From the NCBI GenBank assembly GCA_946404585.1, contig CAMJEC010000003.1, positions 1 to 35,821 of the forward strand: a stretch of 35,821 nt of DNA, read 5' to 3'. The stretch is from an uncultured Bacillales bacterium. GTDB taxonomy: Bacteria; Bacillota_I; Bacilli_A; RFN20; CAG-826. The position numbers and the translations under genes are program-made. Of this stretch, positions 17,473 through 25,578 are shown one piece after another. The stretch's first letter is position 1; the number at the start of each line of letters is the position of its first letter. A model generated the notes under the pieces. The model had not been told where the DNA came from. It saw only the letters and a program-made list of their open reading frames with translations, and did not search any database.

Positions 17473-17495
17473 ATAGGTGAGAGGTGAAAAAAAGT

Positions 17496-18782
17496 ATGAA
17501 AAAAATAATGATGGCGATTGCCCCTTTACTCATCTTGACATCATGCGCTAATCAAGCAAGTTTAGCCAAACTAAATGAATTTGCGTTAAATAAACCAAAT
17601 AAAGCTTTTAATACCGTTCAAACTAAAGAACTAAATAAAGGCTATATTGATTCTTTAAAAGAGTTCTCTCTTGATTTCTTCCAACAAGCTAATAGTGGTA
17701 CGGATAAAAATCCAGTATTCTCACCTATGTCTATTGCTACATGTTTCTCTATGGCCTATGACGCCGCAGAAGGAGAAACTAAAAAAGAATTAGGAGAATT
17801 ACTCCATTACGATGAAAAAGCATTCAATCATCTTGATGAAATCAAAAATGCTTTATTAAGATCGGCGATTAATGACGCTAAAAAGAATACTTATCTAAAT
17901 ATTTCTCAATCATTTTGGGCTGATAATAATTCAACGATACATGAGGATTATTTAAAAACGCTTCAAGACTATTATTTCGCTGAAGCTTATCAAGGCGATT
18001 TACCTAACATGTATAACGAAGTGGCAGATTGGATTAACGATAAAACTAAACATTATCTCAACGTCAAAGGTGAAGATTTCCAAGAAATGCTCGCTAGTGC
18101 TATTTATGCACTTTTGAATACTGTTTATCTTAAATCTTCTTGGGTTAATGAATTCAAAGAAGAACTTAACTACAAAGGTGATTTCGCTAATCTTGATGCA
18201 ACTTCCACTAAAGTCACATATATGGAAACAAAATTAGAAGATTCATATTATTTTACTGGAGACGGGTATATGATTTCTTCTCTTCCTTTTGAACATGACT
18301 TAGAGTTTAGAATGCTTTTGCCAAATGTTGATACTGATTACGCTGAAGTATTTAATGATAGAACCGCTTTGGATAATCTCTTATCTCTTTCAACACATGA
18401 ATTTGGCGTACCCGCTAATAATAGTGGCCTTGCCCAATCAGGCACAGTTGAATATACAATTCCACAGTTAAAAGTAAGAAGTAAATTCGATTTAGTTGAG
18501 ATGTTTAGAGATAGAGGCATTGAAACACCATTTAAGCCAGGATATGCTAATTTCCCAAAATTTGATGGTGGATATATCTCAAAAGCTCAACATGAAGCAG
18601 GATTTGAAACAAATAATAAAGGCGCTGAAGGTGCGGCATATACAATCATTGTTGTATCAAAGGCTGGTATTCCAGAAGAACCAGTTAGATTTAAATTAGA
18701 CCGTCCATTCGCTTATGCGGTAACCACTAAAGAAGGAATTCCTGTCTTTATGGGTAAGGCAACAAGCCTTCCTAACGCGTAA
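17496..18782 (+). CDS. Serpin-family lipoprotein
   Basis: Lipobox LTSC; FSPMSIA, LNTVYLKSSW, hinge KGAEGAAYT, FKLDRPF, FMGK; ATG 17496 after GAGGTG. Confidence 0.92.
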   Translation: MKKIMMAIAPLLILTSCANQASLAKLNEFALNKPNKAFNTVQTKELNKGYIDSLKEFSLDFFQQANSGTDKNPVFSPMSIATCFSMAYDAAEGETKKELGELLHYDEKAFNHLDEIKNALLRSAINDAKKNTYLNISQSFWADNNSTIHEDYLKTLQDYYFAEAYQGDLPNMYNEVADWINDKTKHYLNVKGEDFQEMLASAIYALLNTVYLKSSWVNEFKEELNYKGDFANLDATSTKVTYMETKLEDSYYFTGDGYMISSLPFEHDLEFRMLLPNVDTDYAEVFNDRTALDNLLSLSTHEFGVPANNSGLAQSGTVEYTIPQLKVRSKFDLVEMFRDRGIETPFKPGYANFPKFDGGYISKAQHEAGFETNNKGAEGAAYTIIVVSKAGIPEEPVRFKLDRPFAYAVTTKEGIPVFMGKATSLPNA

Positions 18783-18798
18783 AAACGCATATAATTTC

Positions 18799-18834
18799 AA
18801 GACTATTGAATAAATCTCTCAATAGTCTTTTTTT
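18799..18834 (+). terminator. Intrinsic terminator after serpin
   Basis: AAGACTATTGA-N9-TCAATAGTCTT plus T run. Confidence 0.8.
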
Positions 18835-18853
18835 GTGGTATAATTTGTTAGAT

Positions 18854-20302
18854 ATGCCAAACAAAGAATTAGAGAAAAAAGTTCAAGAACATGAAGAGAT
18901 GGTGAACTCTGGCAAGCCTAGAGATAAGAAAGCAACTCTTAAGTACATACTAAATATTTCCATTGTTCTAATTGCCACCGCTTTAGCAATATTCTTTGCT
19001 ATTAAAGATGACGCTCATGAAATCTGGGATTATTTATCAACCGCTGATGTTAACTATTTATTAATCATTCTTGCCGTTATGGCGGGCTGTGTTTTAGTTA
19101 GAAGCTTTATTCTCTTCTGTTTTGCTCACTTATTTACTAAAAAATACTATTTCCATCAAGCGATCGCTGTTGACCAAATCGGTCAATTCTATAACGCGAT
19201 TACTCCTGGCGCTAGTGGTGGTCAAATCATGCAAGCTTACACCTTTAAGAAACAAGGCGTGCAAGTTTCTAGTGCAGTTTCTATGCTTGCTATGTATTCC
19301 ATTGTTTATCAAGTAGTGTTAATCGTCTTTGGCACGGTCTCATTTATCGTTAAATATGACTTTATCAATTCCCTTGGTTATTTTGAAACTGGTATTAAGA
19401 TTCAAGAGATGCCTCTTAGATTACCAATCTGGCCTTTAACAATTATCGGTTTTATTTTAAACCTCGGTGTTATCGCTATTGTCTTCTTGATGGGCTATTG
19501 GCACGGTTTTCATAATTTTGTTATGGGTCCTGTTGTCACTTTACTGAGTAAAATCAAAATTGTTAAGAATCCTGATCAAACAAGAGAGAACCTCCGTATT
19601 CAAGTGGAAAACTTCAAAATTGAATTCAGACGTTTAAGCACAAACATTCCATTCTTACTTTTAATCATTGCTTGCTTTACGGCTTATATGATTTTGAAAT
19701 TCTCTGTTCCATTTTTTGTTGGTAAGGCTTTAGGCAATCAGTCTTTACAGCCTGATTACAAGCAATTCTGGGACTGCATCTTCTTAAGCAATTATCACCA
19801 AATGATTACTGGTTTAGTTCCTGTTCCAGGTAGTGCGGGTGTTTCTGAAGCTGTTTTCCATAGTTTATTTATGAATCCAAACAATCTGGAGAGTGGCTTC
19901 TTCATGGCTTGCGTTGATGGTATACCAGATAAAGCTAAAACAATTGCGCTTTGCCGTTCATCGTTATTAGTGTGGCGAAGTTCAACATTCGTTATTCCAA
20001 TTCTCATTGGTGGCTTTGTCGCTGCTTTCTATCGTTCTTCACCAAAAAACGAAGCACATATGGGCGATATTCCAAACAGACAAACATTCTACTCCTTACA
20101 AAAGGAAACTTATGTTGAAAGATATGAAGAGGTTGCCTCTTTAGTGGAAACTTCTAAGCTGTCTCGTGAAGCGATATTAGCAAAACTAAAACCAAACAAT
20201 CGTAAAAAGAAGCCTAAGAAAAAGAGTAAAGGCAATGTTCCTGCGGATATTTCACAAAATGAATACGACGATGTGGAATTAGATGATATGGGAGATAATT
20301 AA
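18854..20302 (+). CDS. Lysylphosphatidylglycerol synthase TM (flippase-like) family membrane protein
   Basis: GQFYNAITPGASGGQ and VPVPGSAGVSE motifs, multiple TM segments; ATG 18854 preferred because TTG 18806 lies inside the terminator. Confidence 0.85.
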   Translation: MPNKELEKKVQEHEEMVNSGKPRDKKATLKYILNISIVLIATALAIFFAIKDDAHEIWDYLSTADVNYLLIILAVMAGCVLVRSFILFCFAHLFTKKYYFHQAIAVDQIGQFYNAITPGASGGQIMQAYTFKKQGVQVSSAVSMLAMYSIVYQVVLIVFGTVSFIVKYDFINSLGYFETGIKIQEMPLRLPIWPLTIIGFILNLGVIAIVFLMGYWHGFHNFVMGPVVTLLSKIKIVKNPDQTRENLRIQVENFKIEFRRLSTNIPFLLLIIACFTAYMILKFSVPFFVGKALGNQSLQPDYKQFWDCIFLSNYHQMITGLVPVPGSAGVSEAVFHSLFMNPNNLESGFFMACVDGIPDKAKTIALCRSSLLVWRSSTFVIPILIGGFVAAFYRSSPKNEAHMGDIPNRQTFYSLQKETYVERYEEVASLVETSKLSREAILAKLKPNNRKKKPKKKSKGNVPADISQNEYDDVELDDMGDN

Positions 20303-21477
20303 TGCGCATAGCCATTTTTACTGATACATATCCTCCATTTGTTAATGGTGTTTCGACATCCACTTTCAACTTGGCTAATACCCTTGTAGCACACGGTCAT
20401 GAAGTGCTCGTTGTAGCGCCTAGATCAACGGATGGTAAACTAGAACAAATTGGTAATGTCTTATATGTCCCAGGCATTTATTTAAAGAAATTATATGGTT
20501 ATAGATTTACAAATATCTTCGCTAATAAGCCAGTGAAGATTATTAAAAATTTCAAGCCAGATGTTATTCATAATCAAACTGACTTTACCATTGGTGTATT
20601 AGCAAGACGTATCGCTAAGATACTTAGAATACCAATTGTTTATACATATCACACATCTTACGAAGACTATACATATTATGCCGTGCGTGGCTTAATGGAA
20701 CGTTTCGCTAAACGTGTAGTGAGAGTGTATTCCAAAGAACTCGCTAATCGTATGACAGAATTTATCACTCCAAGTGATAAAACCAAAGAATATATGCGTT
20801 CAGTCGGTAGTGATGCCTATATTAACGTCATTCCTACTGGTATTGATTTTTCTATCTTCAAAAGCGATAAGATTGATGTCGAGAGAATGAAGAAGTTCAA
20901 AGAAGAACACGGCATTAAAGAAACCACAAAAGTGTTTTTGCTTTTAGGACGCATCGCTAAAGAAAAGAGTATGGATGTCTCCGTTAGAGACTTTGCCCAT
21001 TATCATCAAAAGCATCCAGAAGTGGATAAGAAGCTTTTAGTTGTCGGCGATGGTCCATATCGCGAAGAATTAGAACTATTATGTGAAGAATTAGGTATTA
21101 GCCATCTTGTCGATTTCATCGGCTTCGTCCCTGCTACTGAAGTGCCATTCTATTATCATCTTGCTGATATTTATACATCCGCTTCAATTACTGAGACTCA
21201 AGGCTTAACATTTATGGAAGCTATGGCGGCGGGTAAAATCGTTTTAGCGAGATTTGATAGTAACTTAACAGGCACTATCATCAACGGTAAGACTGGTTTC
21301 TTCTTTACAGATGATGCTTCCTTCGTTTCACAAGTGGAAAAGATATTATCTTTAAGCAAAGAACAAAAACAAGCCATTATTGATGAAGCTTATCGTATTG
21401 TCGATGTCTATTCTATCGATAAATTTTATAACAACGTAGTGAGGGTTTATAAACGTGCCATCCGCAAATACTGGTAG
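20302..21477 (+). CDS. GT4 glycosyltransferase, probable diacylglycerol glucosyltransferase (LafA/MGS-like)
   Basis: MRIAIFTDTY.P.VNGV, YTYHT.YEDY..Y, GRIAKEK, TETQGLTFMEAMAAG. Confidence 0.88.
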   Translation: MRIAIFTDTYPPFVNGVSTSTFNLANTLVAHGHEVLVVAPRSTDGKLEQIGNVLYVPGIYLKKLYGYRFTNIFANKPVKIIKNFKPDVIHNQTDFTIGVLARRIAKILRIPIVYTYHTSYEDYTYYAVRGLMERFAKRVVRVYSKELANRMTEFITPSDKTKEYMRSVGSDAYINVIPTGIDFSIFKSDKIDVERMKKFKEEHGIKETTKVFLLLGRIAKEKSMDVSVRDFAHYHQKHPEVDKKLLVVGDGPYREELELLCEELGISHLVDFIGFVPATEVPFYYHLADIYTSASITETQGLTFMEAMAAGKIVLARFDSNLTGTIINGKTGFFFTDDASFVSQVEKILSLSKEQKQAIIDEAYRIVDVYSIDKFYNNVVRVYKRAIRKYW

Positions 21478-22270
21478 TCGTAAAATTAAAGGTATTAAAC
21501 TCTATAAGGATCATGTGACCTTATCCTTTTTTAAAGGTGAGCCATTAAAGATCTCTAAAGAAGCCTTTGTGTCCTCTTATTTATATGCGGGTAAGAATTT
21601 ATCTAGTAAAGAGATTGCTTCTTTAGAAGAAATCACAGCGATGAGCACTCTTCTTAACTACGCTTTACAAATTGTGAGTAAAAAACATCTCAGTGAAAAA
21701 GAGATGCTAGAAAAACTCATGAAAAAGGAAGATAACTATGTCGCTGCTAAAAAAGTTATCACTAAATTAAAAGAAAACGATTTGTTAGATGATAAAGCCT
21801 TTATGCAAGATTTAATCGCTTGGGATAATGAAAGAAACTTCGGACAAAATAAAATCGTTAAGCACCTAAAGGATAAAGGCATTCCTGATACCTTAATTAA
21901 TAAAGTTAATTTCCCTCAAAGTGTTGAGAGAAAGAAAGCTAAAGCCTTACTTGATAAGTTAGATAGAAAATACGCTAAATACGCTTATGAAAGTAAGAAG
22001 AAACATGTTTATCAAGCGTTAGTGAGTCAAGGCTATAATCACGATATCGCTAGAGAAGTCACTAATGATTTAAAAAGAAAAAATGATAAAGTTGAACAAA
22101 GCCTATTAACTAGAGACTATGAAAAGATCAAAAGCCGCTACGAAAAGAAATATGAAGGCTATCAATTAAAACAAAAGATTTATGCCGCTTTAGTTAATAA
22201 AGGTTATAAGTATCAAGAGATTAAAAAAGTATTGGAGGATTTTACATATGAAGATGATAGTGGATTTTAA
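21455..22270 (+). CDS. recX: RecX family regulator (long Firmicutes type)
   Basis: AL..VS....SEKE...KL, L.E..LLDD..F, G..KI...L..KGI, repeated L...GY modules; start uncertain. Confidence 0.78.
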   Translation: MPSANTGSRKIKGIKLYKDHVTLSFFKGEPLKISKEAFVSSYLYAGKNLSSKEIASLEEITAMSTLLNYALQIVSKKHLSEKEMLEKLMKKEDNYVAAKKVITKLKENDLLDDKAFMQDLIAWDNERNFGQNKIVKHLKDKGIPDTLINKVNFPQSVERKKAKALLDKLDRKYAKYAYESKKKHVYQALVSQGYNHDIAREVTNDLKRKNDKVEQSLLTRDYEKIKSRYEKKYEGYQLKQKIYAALVNKGYKYQEIKKVLEDFTYEDDSGF

Positions 22271-23177
22271 TGATCACGAACACATTGAAGGACAATTCTT
22301 ATTAGGAAATGTCTCAAAAGGTGTGAACACTAATGGTGGAGCATATCTCTCTGTTGAACTTAGAGACGCTAGTGGTCAAATCGTTGCTAAAAAGTGGGAT
22401 GCCACATTAGCGGATGAACAAATATTTATTGTTGGTAACGTTTTAGCGATTACTGGTGAAACAAATAAATATAAAGAACAATTGCAATTAAAGATTCTCA
22501 CCGCCGAATTAGTGCCTCTAGATGAAATAGATGTCGAGAAGTTTGTTAAAGCTCCTCCAGTCGCTAAAGAGGAATTAATTGAAAGATTTAATAAACATGT
22601 CGCTTCTGTGAAGAATGAGGACTGCCGAAAAATCTTACAATATATGATTAAGAAGTTTGGCGATAAGATCTTCTCCTATCCAGCGGCGGTATCTATTCAT
22701 CATGAATATAGCAGTGGTCTTCTCATGCATAGTGTCACTATGGCGGACCATGCCGCTTATCTCGCCCCAATCTATGGCGCGGACCATGATTTAATGATTA
22801 CAGGCTGTTTGTTACACGATTTCGGTAAGATTATCGAACTCGAAGGACCAATCGTTTATAAATATTCTTTAGAAGGTAAATTATTAGGTCATATTAGTAT
22901 CATGTGCGCGGAAATAAGAAAAGCCGCGGATGAACTTAAACTCACTGGTGAAATTCCATTATTACTTGAACATATGGTCTTATCTCATCACGGGCAACAA
23001 GAATTTGGCTCCCCTGTCATGCCATACACTAAAGAAGCCTTATTATTATCCTTAATAGATAATTTAGATAGTAAAATGGTTATCGTAGATAAGGCCCTTC
23101 AGGACGTCGAACCAGGGAACTTCTCTAATAAAGTATTCCCGTTAGATAATAGAGCCTTCTATAAGCCTATTGAGTAA
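22248..23177 (+). CDS. yhaM: 3'-5' exoribonuclease YhaM/Cbf1 (OB + HD)
   Basis: LRDASG.I..K.W, YPAA..IHH...GLL.H, LLHDFGK, LSHHG..EFGSP. Confidence 0.92.
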   Translation: MKMIVDFNDHEHIEGQFLLGNVSKGVNTNGGAYLSVELRDASGQIVAKKWDATLADEQIFIVGNVLAITGETNKYKEQLQLKILTAELVPLDEIDVEKFVKAPPVAKEELIERFNKHVASVKNEDCRKILQYMIKKFGDKIFSYPAAVSIHHEYSSGLLMHSVTMADHAAYLAPIYGADHDLMITGCLLHDFGKIIELEGPIVYKYSLEGKLLGHISIMCAEIRKAADELKLTGEIPLLLEHMVLSHHGQQEFGSPVMPYTKEALLLSLIDNLDSKMVIVDKALQDVEPGNFSNKVFPLDNRAFYKPIE

Positions 23178-23182
23178 AAGAA

Positions 23183-23218
23183 AAAAGGATTGATGATAAA
23201 TAAGTCGTCAATCCTTTT
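23183..23218. terminator. Bidirectional terminator between yhaM and hit
   Basis: AAAAGGATTGA...TCAATCCTTTT between convergent genes. Confidence 0.8.
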
Positions 23219-23228
23219 AATTTGCCTC

Positions 23229-23639
23229 CTAGAGGTTGTTTTTAATCGTTTCAGCGATGACTGGAAGGTTTAAACCTTCAACATTAGACTTCATTTCTAA
23301 TTCAAAGCCATCATGACCTTCATATCGTGGAATCACATGCACATGGAAGTGCTTGACTGTTTGTCCTGCGGCTTCATAGCAGTTAGTTAAGATATTCACA
23401 CCTTTAGCCCCTAAAAATTGAATACTGATTTGACCAATACGTTGGGCCACATCCATGACTTTATGCATAAGCTTATCTGGTGTGGATAAGAAGGTGTCGT
23501 AGTGTTTCTTTGGAATCACAAGAGCGTGGCCCTTAGTGACTTGAGAAATATCAAGAAACGCTAAAACGTCTTCATCTTCAAATAACTTATAGCAAGGTAT
23601 TTCACCATCAACGATTTTACAAAAAACATCTTTTTCCAT
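23229..23639 (-). CDS. hit: HIT family nucleotide hydrolase
   Basis: FCKIV.GEIP, GHALVIPK.H, AAGQTV.HFHVHVIPR. Confidence 0.95.
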   Translation of the reverse strand: MEKDVFCKIVDGEIPCYKLFEDEDVLAFLDISQVTKGHALVIPKKHYDTFLSTPDKLMHKVMDVAQRIGQISIQFLGAKGVNILTNCYEAAGQTVKHFHVHVIPRYEGHDGFELEMKSNVEGLNLPVIAETIKNNL

Positions 23640-23671
23640 ATATGTTTATCCTCTTAAAACTATGATAGCAC

Positions 23672-23695
23672 AAAAAAGGAGGTCTAAGCCTCCTT
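23672..23695 (-). terminator. Terminator of the lipoprotein pair
   Basis: Minus strand AAGGAGG-N6-CCTCCTT-TTTT. Confidence 0.75.
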
Positions 23696-23709
23696 AATTG
23701 TTATTTTGA

Positions 23710-25578
23710 TTAATCGAATAATTCTGGGAATGTTGATTTGAAGTAATCGTAGACTTTTGTGTCATGATACTTGATATCCATCTTTTCGACCCAATGTTTC
23801 TTGGACAATGTTTGATATGTATCATTGCTTGCAACTAATTGGACGATTTCGTTAATGTAGTTTTCAAGTTTGTTCATGGCATCGGTTAATTCATTACCTT
23901 CTAAATCAGCATATGTTGCTTTATTGAGAACTTTACTCTTAATCGCATCTTCCACTAAGACGAGATAGTAGGTGTTATCGCTCTTGAAGAGAATGTCGTT
24001 TTGGACTTTTTCATCAGCGATTCTGCTTGTCTTTCTGAGGAAGTATTGGTTGTTGATCTTACCAACGACGTTGACGAGGTTTTTGCTACCAGCAACTTCG
24101 TTTGTCTTCCATTCGTTAGCGGTTGTGTCGTATGAGTATTCAACACAATCTTCACCGAGTAAGGCGTTAGCAACGTTGATATCGAATAATTGATTCTTGA
24201 TGTTATCTGGTAAATCACTGACACCGACGGATTTCACATACCAACCTGTGGATGTGTAGTCTTTTAATTGAAGCTCACGTGTCTTGATTTCTTGACCAAC
24301 TTTAACTGTGTAAGCACCGCTATTGGTGTATGTGCTTTCGTTTTCAGATAATTTTGGGTTGTTATCAATCTTCTTGAATTCTTCCATCATGTTGCCATAG
24401 TTGGTGCCTTCGAAGTATTTGTAATCAACACCTTGAACAGTGGTTTGTGCTGGGGTGCCAAATGCTTCAACGGATAACTTATAGGCAGGATATGTGTCGA
24501 CTTGGTTGGCTGTATCTCTCATGAACGCACCAATCCAAGCTTCGGAGACAGTCTTGAAGGAATCGAGTGTGATAGCGTCTGCACGATCTTTATTGAAGAT
24601 GTAGTTGTTAACGAATTTCTTCATTAAGTCTTCGGCTTTACCGATGTACTTGCTATCTTCAGTGATGGATAAGACACTGATGTGTCTAGCAGATGTACGG
24701 CCTAATGTGTCGTAGGATTCATCGAGAATGTATTGTTCAACGAGAAGTTGACGATAGATATCTGGGATGAGTTTGTCTTCGACATAGGTCGCATCTTGTG
24801 TCTTTTCTTCCGCTTGGTCTAACGCCGCATTGCTTTGGTAGTTAGCACGGTGGAGGATGAAGTCAGGATTGCCTTCGATGTTTTCAGCTTGATCTTTGAA
24901 GACTTCGTAATCTTCGACGTCAGCTGTTAAGACACCTTCGAAGAGTTCAGCACCTGTTAATGCGCGAACATTGTTTTCAATGTCAGCAGCAAGAGAACGT
25001 AAGTACTTTTCTTCTTTGAAAACGTTTCTTTCGCTGTAGGAACCACCAGAGATGGCGGAATATAATTTTTCAGCGATACGTTTTTCAATGGTTTCCCATT
25101 TTTGATTTAAACGTGCATATTCGGATTCGCTTGGAGTGGCATCATCAGCGACTTCTTTGTTAGCGTCGTCGACACGATGACCAGCTTTGTTCTTGGTCCA
25201 ATAAGCACTGTGAGCTTTAATGAAGTCATCAGCTTTCTTTTTGTCGCCGTTTTTATAAGAATTAACAGCTTCTTTTAAGGTGATTTCTTCACTACCTTCT
25301 TTAGCGGTGACTTTGTTGTAGTTACCAAAGACGCTAATGGAGTATTGATATAACAATTCATTTAAGACATCTTGGGCAAGGTTGCCATCACGATATGCAT
25401 CGTAGATATCTTTGAAATTGTTGTTGTAGATTGTGCCATCATAACCAGTGACTGTGACGACTGGAGAGTTTTTATCATCATAAGCCTTTGGCTTGGCAAT
25501 AATGTCATCACTACATGAGGCGAGAGCGAATGTGCTGAGTAACGCGATTGCGGATACTTTTAAGATATTTTTACGCAT
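23710..25578 (-). CDS. Large lipoprotein, probable degenerate PrsA-like foldase paralogue
   Basis: Lipobox LASC; PrsA-like N-terminus (VVTVTG..IYDAY..LAQDVLNELL), SARHI and C-terminal KMDIKYHD. Confidence 0.6.
   Translation of the reverse strand: MRKNILKVSAIALLSTFALASCSDDIIAKPKAYDDKNSPVVTVTGYDGTIYNNNFKDIYDAYRDGNLAQDVLNELLYQYSISVFGNYNKVTAKEGSEEITLKEAVNSYKNGDKKKADDFIKAHSAYWTKNKAGHRVDDANKEVADDATPSESEYARLNQKWETIEKRIAEKLYSAISGGSYSERNVFKEEKYLRSLAADIENNVRALTGAELFEGVLTADVEDYEVFKDQAENIEGNPDFILHRANYQSNAALDQAEEKTQDATYVEDKLIPDIYRQLLVEQYILDESYDTLGRTSARHISVLSITEDSKYIGKAEDLMKKFVNNYIFNKDRADAITLDSFKTVSEAWIGAFMRDTANQVDTYPAYKLSVEAFGTPAQTTVQGVDYKYFEGTNYGNMMEEFKKIDNNPKLSENESTYTNSGAYTVKVGQEIKTRELQLKDYTSTGWYVKSVGVSDLPDNIKNQLFDINVANALLGEDCVEYSYDTTANEWKTNEVAGSKNLVNVVGKINNQYFLRKTSRIADEKVQNDILFKSDNTYYLVLVEDAIKSKVLNKATYADLEGNELTDAMNKLENYINEIVQLVASNDTYQTLSKKHWVEKMDIKYHDTKVYDYFKSTFPELFD

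Noticed and set aside
15082-18834. Integrated element at tRNA-Leu carrying the ABC pair and serpin
   Set aside because: No integrase and no duplicated tRNA 3' end was seen
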